Assembly: GCF_009834535.1 (NCBI RefSeq)
Contig: NC_045697.1
Location: 85,500,001-85,564,000 of the forward strand
DNA: 64,000 nucleotides
Source: Camelus ferus
Lineage: Eukaryota
Reading direction: 5' to 3'
In this document: one piece after another, positions 13,654 to 25,114 of the stretch
Layout: every line of letters begins with the position of its first letter
How positions within the stretch are numbered: the stretch's first letter is position 1
Notes under the pieces: generated by a model
What the model was told of the DNA's origin: nothing
What the model saw: the letters and a program-made list of their open reading frames with translations, nothing else
The model's database searches: none
Made by a program: the position numbers and the translations under genes

Positions 13654-13719
13654 ACAGAAGGAGAAACTAAGTTCCCAAATGCCCAGATGCCCTCTAGCAG
13701 GGGGGCTTGGAGAGGGTTT

Positions 13720-13880
13720 CAGAGGCCAGTACATGTTTGGTGAGGCCTGAGGCTTATACAATTCCAGGGCCTCCTTTAAGAGAAAAAGGATACAAATTTA
13801 TGAATGCAAATTAGATACAAAAGTAAATATTTGTTCTGGGAATGCAAGCTTCACTAGCTGCACAAGAAATCTGTCTCTAC
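13720..13880. mobile_element. MER45-like hAT-Tip100 DNA transposon, internally deleted
   Basis: 'ggcctgaggcttatacaattccagggcctcctttaagagaaaaaggatacaaatttatgaatgcaaa' and 'aagcttcactagctgcacaagaaatctgtctct'. Confidence 0.6.
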
Positions 13881-15059
13881 ATGGTTCTTACAGTTTTCTC
13901 AGAGCTTAGGATAGCTTTTCCACAGTGAGTATGAAGTACCTTAGAAATAAGAACCAAAGTAGGAGGTACGTAAATGTTTCTAATGTCAGTCATGCTCTCT
14001 CATTTACTTACATTAGAATTTTTTGAAGTGATCATTAGAGATGTTTCTAATTGGAAGGGTGGCAGAGCTTAAGAGCTTATGTTGTCATTTATGATGTATT
14101 TCTAGAAAGTCACCCACAAAAGTCCTAGCTTGAGCTTCTCCTTGAATTTTATTTGCTTACATAAATCACCATAGACAAATATCTTGAAACAAGAGGAAAT
14201 TCAAACAACTCCTTTAATCAGGAAAATCTTACTTTTCCTTTAAAAAATGGACATGAGATGTGCTGATTTTAGTAACCCTGTTTAAGTGGGTTTACATAAA
14301 TTAGATGACCTCCTTCCCAAAAAAATGAGTTGTCGCTGTATTAAGCATTCTTACCGAGGGCATGAGCTCTGCCCCCTTTCCTGTGGTCACAGTCGCCTGG
14401 TATCACACTCTGAACTGGAAGGACCTTCTGCTGAAGGGTTTCTTTAGTAACAGGAAGTGACTGTGTAAGAGAAGTTTATACTGGTTCACTTTGTCCTTTC
14501 AGCCATCAAGGAAGTCTGTTACTGTAAATGACGTGGGGACTGTCCCCATACCTTCCTCTCGGTGAACACGCTCTTGAAAGGTGTATGGAGAGAAAGTAGA
14601 AAGAAGGTGTTTTCTTACCTTGACAGAACACAGACTTCTGTAGCTTGGCATGGCCCCCGGGGGGAACCCTTTGGGATCAGGAGAAGCACTCCTCTCAATC
14701 AGATCGCAGATTGTATTATCCAGCTCCACGCTTTCACATCTACCCGGGAGACACGGGAGAGTCAGGTTTTACAAAGGTCATTAAAATTGTTACGTGTCTG
14801 TGAATGACTCGGAGGTGCTATTTGTGTATGATACCTCTCTAGAATCTTCAGATCTCTAATCTCATTTTATATTCATTAGTTGCTGCCATGAGAGCACTTC
14901 AGAGACTATGAGAGTTTAATTTTCACTTACTTGCACATTGATTCAAAGTAATGAAGTAAGATACCAACAGGCTGACGAATTTTCACGGTCTGATGACAGT
15001 GACCAGAATTGAGCGTGCACAGTGAGCCTGAGCTTTACATACATTTTCTTACTCAGCGG

Positions 15060-15230
15060 GCACAATCATCCATGGCAGTAGTCAGCATTCCCTGCATTTT
15101 ACAGATGCGCAAACTTGGACCTAGGAAGTTAACCAAGTGACTAATTTATGTGAAATCAAGCTGCAAAACATTGGCAGGGCCAAGATCGGACTCAGATCTG
15201 TAGGATTCTATAGCTTGTCTCTTGACCATT
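15060..15230 (-). mobile_element. MIR SINE
   Basis: 'cattttacagatgcgcaaacttggacctaggaagttaa...ggcagggccaagatcggactcagatctg'. Confidence 0.65.
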
Positions 15231-15659
15231 TTTGCTCTGTTTCCAATTAACCTGAGAACAAATCCCTAAGCAATTATTTGCCACCAAATGGAAATAGTAT
15301 ATTAAAGCCAAAGAGTATCTGGAAGTTACTTTAATGACAATCTAGTCCAACTTGTATCATTTATCAGAGAACCTGAATGAATTGCTCACATTCCCATGAC
15401 AATTAACTGATAACGTCAAGATTTAAATCAGATTTTCTGACTCAAGTCCATTTTTCTTTCCATTAGATCATGTTGGCTTGATGGAGAAATTTTCTCATAA
15501 AAAATACAGTTCATGAGAAAAATGCATTCATTTTGTGATTTTTTTTTTTTACTTTTTTTTTGCCTGCCTCACCATTTTTCACCCCCTAAAAAATAACCCC
15601 TTGGATTGAGGTAGGAGTTCTTTCAGGAGCACTTTTAAAAGGTGTCTCCAAGTAAAATA

Positions 15660-16089
15660 AATATGTAGGTGGGTGACGTAATCACATGGGCTCTCTGCCC
15701 AGTCCTTTACCTCCTTTGAGAATGGCTCCCAGAAGGGGGCTCTGACAGCCATGCTTGCTGACACTACTTGACTTCACTTCCGTGGTTATAACTGATTGGA
15801 CCAAGAGTAAACAACCGATCCTGGCTTGGCCAGTGAGACTCTCTTCTCTGCACAGAGGGAGCTAAGAATGAAGCAAATGGGTCGGGAAATGCAGAGCAGT
15901 GAGATGGAGTCCTGGCAATTTTCTAGTCCTGAATCAGCCCTTTGTAAGCCATGAATGCCCTTCTACCTTTACATTCTGCTAATCACCCTAAATCTTTACA
16001 ATGAATTAGCTTTGTCTTTTTTTTTTTTTTAAGCTAGGTTTTTGGTGTCTGTTATTTGTAATAGAAAAAAAAAATCTCTAAATAATACA
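15660..16089 (+). mobile_element. MLT1-type (MaLR) solo LTR
   Basis: 'ctgattggaccaagagtaaacaaccgatcctggcttggccagtgagactc' and 3' end 'aagctagg...tctgttatttgtaatagaaa...ctctaaataataca'. Confidence 0.6.
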
Positions 16090-16544
16090 CCTCAACCCTT
16101 CCATTTTATATTTATTTATTCTCTCTCTTGGGCTGTGTAATATTGGTACCTCATGTCCCACATATGATGCCACCATATATAACAAGCTACTGGGTGTACA
16201 GTAAACCCCTCGTGGCTCAAACGCTCGTCGTGCATAGCATTGAGTTTGGACCGATCCTCATGGCTTCTCACAACTCTCAGAGAAGAGTCACAAAATTCCT
16301 TTAATAACTGCCCCCAATCCTTCAGGTTAATTAGATTCCCAATTAATTAATTAGTCCAATGGAATTGGACTAGACTGAATGCCAAGCCCCCGAGGCAGCT
16401 TTCTGACCTATTCTGAACCAGACTTGCCTGCCAAGAGGTCGCAACAGTTTCTGGTACTATGTTCCACTGTGGCAAACATGTTACTGAATCCAAATCCCAG
16501 AGGGGATCATTTTGAGATTACCCGCTGTGACCTCCTCGTCCCAA

Positions 16545-16988
16545 AATGATCCAGCTCCCTTGCTCTGCTTCTGAGCTCATCTTCTATTCCCCTCTGCCCT
16601 GCCTTTTTCTTCTAGGCCCCATCACAGTGTCCAGAACGTGCCAAGCATGCTTCCCACACCGAGGCTTGGTGTGTGCCCTTTCCTCCCCTCGTGCCACTGA
16701 GAGCCTGCCTCGCATGTCACTTGATCACAGAAGCCTCTGCTGAGCAACTCACCTGAAGTAGCTTTCTCACACCCATCACTACTGGCCCTTCATTCTGTTT
16801 TATTTTCTCCTTAGAATTTGGTATTATTTTGATTTCATATTTGTTTACTGTTCCTCTCCCCAGCTCCCATACAGGCCTCACACCTGCCCCGTAAAAGAAG
16901 AAGGGCCTTTGTCTGCTTTTATTCACTGCTCTGTTTCTTGGCCCAGAGTGTGACCTCCCTCAATAAATATTTGTTATTGAATAAATGT
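16545..16988 (+). mobile_element. L2 3' end
   Basis: Terminal 'ctcaataaatatttgttattgaataaatg' preceded by 'tttgtctgcttttattcactgct'. Confidence 0.75.
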
Positions 16989-19900
16989 GACTCCATGATG
17001 AAGTTTAATTCAAAATATTAACTCAAATCTTACAGTGAATTACTTATTTAAGATGTATGCAAATAATCTCAAACTCACAAGACCGGTAAAGTTGGGACAA
17101 AAATCATTAAGCAAGGAGACGTTGACAGCAGCTTTAGTGTGGACACGTGAGCCTAGCAGTTACTGCCGTCGTGTGTGCTTTTACACTTGAATTATGTGCC
17201 TTCTTCGATACTCAGCAATCATTCATTGAGTATCCACTATTGCAGGGTCCCGACTTTTCGCAGAAATAATCACAATCAGTGATGATCTGCACAGTATTTC
17301 AGCTTTAGTGGTGAATATGCTTAGAGGCCAACGGCCACCTTTTTGTGTCTTACTAGGACACATCAGCAAAGGTTCTGCCTCAGAAGAGGGGCCCTGCTCC
17401 CTGCCCTGAGAGCGGGGTTCACACTCGTCCCTCAGAACAATAGCCAAAGAGGGAGGGGCCCTTGTGGAACTCATGGGCTCCTGGTCTTGGAGCAGAGTGA
17501 GCCTCTCTGGTGACCAGAGCTTCAGTGACTTTGACCCCCATGGAAAGAGGAGAAGTGATGGCAAAGAGGAAGAGAAACAGGCGGTGGGGACCGGAGGTGG
17601 GGAGCTTCTGGTCACACCTGTGGGGATGGGGGGACTCAGTGCTGACCACTGTGGCAGGGACAGGGCTCGGCCCCAGGAGCCCAGCTCAGAGCTGAAGGGC
17701 CATGGGTGGCATGGAGCTAAGAGATTATAGCTCAGCCAGGACTTGATGCTTCGTTCGCTTCTCAGGGCCATTGTCATCATCATTGTCATCGCTAATGACT
17801 GCGCCTCAGAACTTCCATGTGAAGCTCTGAAAGAAGCATTATGATGCAGTACAATGGAGAAAACAGGCTTTTAGGGTTGAACATAACAGTGGGACCTAGG
17901 GTAAGTTTCTCACTTTCTATGGCCTGGTTTATAGGAAGAGAAAAACAATGCTGCACCGTGAGGCTGGCAGCAGGACCAGTGACAACATACGTCAGGGCGC
18001 AGCACCAGACCTAGGTCCTTAGTGACTGATGCCACTGCTCTTACTCTGAGGCTCTGGCCCAGTTACTGAACATTCTAACAAATAAGTTTGGAAAGTAGGA
18101 ACCATAAATGTAGTATGTCGCTGAAAATAAAAATAATTTTAAAAGCACAAAAAATTTGGTTAAAAACATAATCAGCAGGTTTAGTCACACCTTGGATAAA
18201 GGCTATGTTACCACTTGGGTTTTATGAAATTCTTCTCAGATCTTTTAGATTATTCTTTAACATAAGAACTTAGTGAATGAAAATAGTTTTATATTGTTTT
18301 TAACTAGTGAAATTCATTACATTTTATGAATTTTAATAGGCCTTAGAGTTATTTTACAAAAGAAAGTACTATTTATCCAGGTTGATTTCTTTCCTATAAA
18401 GCTCTAAATTCTGACAATTGAAAGAAAGAATTAATAAAAGTTGTAAACTCTCCTTTTCTCTTCAGATCATTAAATAATTGCACACAGCAAAATTATATTC
18501 TTAATATAACGTTATGACCCAAGGTTTGGAGTAGAGTTAAAAAAAAACAACACTCTACCAAACTTTTAAATGCAAATAGAACAAATCCTACGTAACCTTG
18601 CCTCAGTTTTCCTGCGTACCTCTTATCCTCACCTTAGGATCTGTTCCCTGGTTCTACTCAGCTGATTAGGTGAGGGGTGCAGCTCCACTTGTCCTTACTC
18701 TGGGCCCTATCCCTTAGCCACCCTTATTTTTTCAGATAAGAAATGTGAGCCTCAGTGAGGTTAAGTACCTTTTCTTAAGGTCACTTGACTTATGAGGGGC
18801 AGGGTAAGTACGCACTCTGAAGCCCATGGCTTTTTAATTTACCATTGGGTTGCTAGTGATTTTAGGAAGAGTGACTACAGCCGGACCACAGAGGACTGTG
18901 TCATTCCCAACTAACTAGGCTTAGGTTTTCCATTATAAGGGCCATTTCTGCTTCATTTCCAAAGAAAACAGCCAATTGGTGCCCACAGCTGACCTGTGGC
19001 TGACCTATAAAGTCAGGTATTAGGAGAGGCTTAGAGACAAGCTATGAGGACCAGGTGCTTCACCAACAGCCTATCTTTTATGTGGCCCTGGTTTTCCTAA
19101 GTTTGGAGTCCTGGACCAGAGTCCAGAATGAGATGCAGCAGGTTCATGAATCATCCTAAATCAAACTAAATACAAAATTATGTATGTTGTAATTGTCTCT
19201 TTCTGAAGAGAGGGTCTATTGTTTTTTCTTGACCTCTCCCGTCATGAACCCATGTTAATTTATTGCCATGAGTGACTACTTTAAATTCGAATCTCATCAT
19301 CATTTGTCTGAGTACATTTTGATTTCAAAAAAAAAAATTTAGCACAAAAGAACTGTGAAAATTCAGAAATGACTCTGAATCGATTAACTAAAATCCTGAT
19401 TTGAGGTGGCCTCCTTATGAAATTGAAAGTAAACAGAGAATTATATAGGTGGTACTATTAGGCTGAGAGCTCTCCTAGTAGTGACAGAACTCAGTGAAGC
19501 CCAGTAAATTCCTGTTGGGCCTTTGGCTTATTCATTGCTTGTTTTAAACTTGCATGGATGTGAATCTCCTTCGTTACTATCCCTCCTTCCTACTCTTCAC
19601 CCACAAGAATAAAGCAACCTAGAAAGTAAATAGAAATGATATTAATATGAATTAGATTTTAGCAATAGAATAGTAGGCTAAGCCAATGTGACCATGAAGC
19701 TTTTTTCACAAATAGCTTTCCCTAAGTTATATATGATGTGTGAACTGTTTTCCCCTAAACTGCTGTTGGGAGGTGACGACCTGCCTGGTAACCCAGTGAG
19801 AAACCAGAGAAAACAGGGAAAGAGGGGAATGTGTTTCAGGTCTACTTGGAGCCCTCAGACTTTTATCCCATATTCAAGAGTCTCCAGTACAGAAGCCTCC

Positions 19901-20266
19901 AAAAAATTATCCAATAAAGCAAGCGAGGGACACAGCATGTCTTTGTGTGCTATTATTTAATAGGCTTATCTAAGGTTTATTAATGATTTAAATGTTACTA
20001 TTTGATTAGAGCCTAGACATTGTTCATTTGCAGAATCCTCACTGATAGAAAAGATAATCTCAAGGATTTTGGCTTACTGCCTTATAAGGCATTACCAGTT
20101 TTTAAACATAATCTAAACATCTTACTCTAATATTCCTTTATTAAATTGCCTGTAAATACCCAGTTCTTCAAATACTCTTTGAGCGAGCCTTCTTATCTTT
20201 CTGGATACCTCATTAACCACTGAGCTGAATTAAAACAGTTGACGTGCATTCATTTTATATTTGTAG

Positions 20267-20365
20267 GACAGTCGTATTTTCAACTTTTTGTGCCTTGTAC
20301 ATGAACACCGCTGGCTATCTATACTTTAAGACCACAGAATGTCCAGTCACTGATAATGTCTTCTG
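20267..20365 (+). other. Candidate spliced exon (99 nt), unknown transcript
   Basis: Acceptor 'cattttatatttgtag', donor 'CTG|gtaagc'; one open frame TVVFSTFCALYMNTAGYLYFKTTECPVTDNVF; no homology recognised. Confidence 0.35.
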
Positions 20366-22005
20366 GTAAGCGTGCGGCCCAAAATCACCAGACCTGATTT
20401 TTATGGTTACGTGCTACGGTTGCCTCATTATTCTTGACAAGTAGTGTAAATTCCTCAAAAAAAATTTACATTTAATAGACAAAACAGAAACCACAATCTT
20501 GGAAATAACCTGAAGATCATTTAATTCCTCTCCTGCTTCTAGAAGACAGAGAAATGAAGCTCAGAGGGGTTAAATGGCAGATAGCAAAGCCAGGGCAAGA
20601 ATTAGGGACACTAGGGTTTTTTCTTCTTACACACACTCGCCCACCTCAAATGTCCACATTTCCTCCCAGGCTGCTGCCAAGGTCACATTTAATGCTTTGA
20701 TCTTCCTTCACAAGCCAAGTGTTTTTAGGGAAGATTCTGGAGAACAGAGCGTATTTTCAAATACAAGACAAGGAAAAATCAATAGCAAGTTCTTCTCTAA
20801 AGGAAATGCTTCCAGATGTTCAAAGACCAGGAATTGTAACCTCTGGGGACCCAGAATAAGAAGTGTTGTCTATAAACCTACAATCAAGCAGTAACTTGTA
20901 GGTTTTACTTTTTGTCATTGTGATCAGTACTCAGCGTGCACTCCTGGCTATTTGGGGGAGAAACAAACTCTCAATAAAGAAGTTACTCTGTGTAAATGTG
21001 TTTTAGACCCACAAGTCATGGCGTTTTAAGTATTTTAGTAATTGGGAACTTTAACATTTGTGATTTAAGGAGGTAATGGGAGAGAAAAGGTTTGCTCACA
21101 GAATTTTGAAAGTAGCATTGGCCTCAGGAAAGAATGAGTATTCCTAGAGTTTAGCCCAAGGCCATGTGGCTTAATGATCTAAATATGTGTCTAAAAGTGG
21201 TCTTCGCAAGTCTGAAAGGAAAGCCCAGAGGATAGGGATAGTTTTTATAAACTCAGGCTCTGTTATTGCCCTCAATCTGCATTCTTGGCTGGATCCCTGT
21301 TTACTTCCTCTCTGCTTTTGTGATGTGCCAGGTAGCTGAACTGAGGCCAGGGACCTGAGCCAGACCTCTCGTGGCTGTGCCCTGGAGGAACTGGGGGGCA
21401 GAGGAGCCAGACTGGAGCAGAGATAAAGCGCTGCTGCAGGTGCTGATCAGACCGCGAAAGGTTACAGGTCTGCACGGGCTGTAGGACCCACATCCCCTAC
21501 AACTCTCCTGCGGAGATAGGTTTGGCCTCCTTATTGGAACTGTTCTGCACCAGCGAGACATTCTCATCCACGAGGGCAGAGTGACAGACTGAGACAGGGT
21601 ACAGCGTCTGTAGACACACACAGTTTTCGACTGAAGATACTCTGGTACATGCACAACTTGGCCTTTTTGCCTGGCTAAATGCCGTTCTCATCTTAAACCT
21701 GGGATGGAAACTGCACCCGAGATTGCACGAGGTGTTCCAGCTATGTATTTCCATGGCAACCTGTATTTCCCCCACTCCACGGCTTATTACACCTGATTGT
21801 AAAGGCGTGTCTACTCGCATGTCTCCTCCATTAGATGAGACTTTCCTGGAGGCAGGCACAAGTTCATCCTCTCTCCAGAGCCTCCCAGTGATTATTTAAT
21901 GTTTGACAAGAGAACAAATAGTCAAAGACAACTAGGCCTGAGGTCAACAAGGATACCAGGTAGTACTGAAGGAGGGGAAGCTTGTATTAAAAAGTCCCAC
22001 GTAAA

Positions 22006-22085
22006 GGGGGGAGGTCATAGCTCAGTGGTAGAGCGCGTGCTTAGTTAGCATGCCTGAGATCCTAGGTTCAATCCCCAGTACCTCC

Positions 22086-22112
<27 letters not shown>
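22006..22112 (+). mobile_element. tRNA-Ala-derived SINE (camelid vic-1-like), young
   Basis: 'tagctcagtggtagagcgcgtgcttag...ggttcaatccccagtacctcc' plus long pure A tail; TSD core aaaagtccca at 21990-21999 and 22117-22126. Confidence 0.9.
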
Positions 22113-22117
<5 letters not shown>

Positions 22118-23030
22118 AAAGTCCCATCTAGGCTCTCCTTGGGATCCACGTGATTTCTTCCCTCCTCTTCTCAGCGCATCTGCCCCAGGAAAAGGAGCTG
22201 ACCAAGGCCTCACAGTGAAGACTGTGACCTGGGACACACTTTTCTGTCACAAGCTATAGACTTTCCCGCATCAGCAGGAGGGATTTCGGAGTGGAGGAGC
22301 CCTTTCCAATTCCCGGGAAATAAACCTATGGTCAGGTTGCTACTTGAGAGGAAACATAAATAAGGAATAAAATCTTATCCAAAGGCAAGTAGTCAGCATG
22401 ATTCTCCCGTCTCCTAACAAGCTCCGTGAGATTTTATTAAGAGAAGAATAACACCATTTTTACACATTAGATCTGATGCGTAGGCTGAACCTAAAAGACC
22501 AAGGTTTGCTGGGGTGTGAGTTTCTTTTCTCTGGGAAGCAGGGTCCCTCGAAGAGGAACAGCAGAAAAACAAAGTCATGCCAACATTGCTACTTTCCCTA
22601 CTATTTATTACAGAGTTGAAAATGCCACAAAATGCACCCACTGACAAGAATACAGGAAGACAGAGTTTGGTAGCTTTATGGGTCAATAGAGGTAGATTCC
22701 TTGGTGTTTGTGTTATTATTATTGTGTTAATATGGCATTCTGTCATCAAGGTTGTTTCTCACTTGTTTAAAATTTCATTCTTTTGAAGAAGCAAAGACTA
22801 TAAAAAGTCAATAATCTTAAGGATTCAGGTGATAGGAAACATAACTTCCAACCAGCATCATGAACAAGTTAAACCTCTATTTTTAGGTCAGGAAAGCATT
22901 GGCACTTATTCTAAAATTTGTTAATGCTTTTGCACATGGTTCTCCAGGGTAAATATGCTCGTACTGAGTTATGGAAATCAAAATTAAAGTAGCTATCCAT
23001 GCAGAGAAAAATTAGATATTTAATTGTGAA

Positions 23031-23511
23031 TGCTGAACAATGGCAGAGTATCCTGCCCTGAAACATGCTACTGCAGCATAAGGATTATTTTGAGCAAAAT
23101 ACACTCAAAAAACAGCAGATAAAAGAAAAGCATTCTGATCTCCCCTTTTTCTTCCTGAAAACAGGAGATTAAAGTCCCTTGTGAAAAATGCTCTCCTTAT
23201 ACCAGGAAGAAAGAAACATTCTTATCATCAAGGACGGGAAATTAAGGCCAAGACAAATCTGTATAAACAGACCTTGTTAAAATTTATCTCCCTTTAGCCT
23301 CACCATACATTTCAGTTATTTTTCCATAATTGTCTCTCTTTGTTCAGTTTAGTATAAAAGCATTTATACTAAATATACCAATTTTGCCAATTCTTTGAAT
23401 CTTCATTTCTTTAAGAGGGTTCCCATGTCACAGAAAACTTAAGTTTGTGTGCTTTTTCCCTTAAGCTATCTTTTGTTACAGAGCCCCAGCCAAGAATTTC
23501 TCTCCCCTACA
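23031..23511 (+). mobile_element. ERV1 solo LTR (MER34/MER39-like)
   Basis: 'gcataaggattattttgagc', TATA-like 'agtataaaag', ends 'ctcccctaca'. Confidence 0.7.
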
Positions 23512-24255
23512 CTGTTCTTGGAAATAAGCATTTCAACAGGATCATTAAATTATATCTTTTACAGTTGTGTCTCTTTTGAAAAAGCAAAGTAGGTAAGTTA
23601 GATCTGGTATATTCATCTTATATAACCACATTTTGGTCATTTTGGTGTCATCTGCAGTTTTCCTTTAGTTTATCAAAATGTATAATCTCTCAAATCTCTA
23701 CTTTACTCAATATCAAGTTGTGACATTCTCTGGGAAGGTTGGAAGACTGCATTTTGAGTCATATCTAATAATTATAATATTTTCCCTAGTATCTCATTGC
23801 TATTTATGCTATTTATTATGCTATTTATTTATGCTATTGACTATGTATTTGGGTAAAAATTATCATCAGATAACAAAACAATATTATCTTAAAACTATTC
23901 TCTCAAATCAATATTGTTAAAGCTGAATTTCATTGGGACAAATATTTGAAAGGACTTGTTTTTTAAGGCCAGCCATGGGTAAAATAATGTTATGCAAATT
24001 ATTTTAAATCATTGCAAAAATGGTGAGAAAGAGATATTTTAATAACTATATCTGAAGCATTAAATAATTTAGACATCATATACTTGAGAGCTGTACAAAA
24101 AATTTTAAGTAGAAATAGTTTACCTTTCTATTTATTTGATCATTAAATAATATTTATTTGAACTATATCAGTTTAAGCGTGAGTTTTTCAAATCTGTCTT
24201 GAAGTTTCATTTTAACATGTGATTAATCACAGTTCTTATTTTAATTCGTCCGCAG

Positions 24256-24337
24256 TTTTGGAGTTTGCAGCTGCCAGGTGGAGGATGACAATGAGGCAGT
24301 TTCCGAGCAGAATCTACACCTGACTCGTCTATGGATG
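24256..24337 (+). other. Candidate spliced exon (82 nt), unknown transcript
   Basis: Acceptor 'ttcttattttaattcgtccgcag', donor 'ATG|gtgagg'; open frame FGVCSCQVEDDNEAVSEQNLHLTRLWM, in phase with 20267-20365. Confidence 0.35.
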
Positions 24338-24692
24338 GTGAGGAAATAATGGAATAAACTATGGAGACATTTCTTCTGTGTGAAATATTTGGAATATTTC
24401 ATAACAGCTTTACCAAGGGTCACAAACTGACACGACAATTTGATTTCATTTCTTATCTTGCAATCACACGTCCCAATTCTTCCGCCTAGCTGATAAAGTG
24501 GGAGCCACTTTTTGTTGGATCTCTTGCATTCGTTTTGTTAGAGGTGGTTCATAACATGCTAAGTCAAATCATGATCAGTTGTTAGTATGTGTAGAGTAAA
24601 CCTACGTATTTAATGAGAACTGCTTCTGAAAACGTTTTACAAAGGTATAAACAGGTTCATTTGCAGTTGAAAATATTGCATTGATTGAATGA

Positions 24693-24710
24693 TGCCTCTA
24701 GAGGGCGCTC
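24693..24710 (+). promoter_or_regulatory. CTCF motif
   Basis: tgCCTCTAGAGGGCGCTc closely fits the CTCF core CCASYAGRKGGCRS, in non-repeat sequence with a retained CpG. Confidence 0.65.
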
Positions 24711-25114
24711 TGCATTCAGTTCAGGTAGAAACTAGTTTCTTACGTTCACATTTTCTGTTAAGGTTTTCATCGTTTTCAGCTCAGGAGAAAAAGAGGGGAA
24801 TGTGTGGTGCGAACATTTGTAATAATTTTAGCTCATTTCTTTTGTTTTTCACTGAATTTTAAACTTTTAATAAAACATACTTCCTTTTCAATAAAGTTTA
24901 TTTTTGGATTTTTGTAGTCATCGCTTTACATTTATGTAATAGGCTTAATTGAAATAGCTTTCCTCCCACAGTGGCAAGTTAATTTCATTAAAGGTTGTAG
25001 CAGTTTATATTCATTTCTTTCTTTTTTATTATTTCCCAGTGTTCACGTGGATGTGAAATTGCTGAGCCTAGAATTTCTTTTTTGTTCCAGAAATTAGGAA
25101 GTACTTTAAGAACT

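Noticed and set aside
17246..17310. + strand exon candidate (GSRLFAEIITISDDLHSISALV)
   Set aside because: Weak donor (GTG|gtgaat) and phase incompatible with the 20267 candidate
17223..17789. Longest ORF in the track (188 aa, - strand)
   Set aside because: Ser/Pro/Leu-rich, no recognisable domain, and overlapped by ORFs in other frames and strands, as expected for a locally GC-rich patch
22006..22086. Possible tRNA-Ala(AGC) gene (also 10571-10640 and 56700-56774)
   Set aside because: A-rich tails, TSDs and disrupted stems or anticodon loop indicate SINE copies, not tRNA genes
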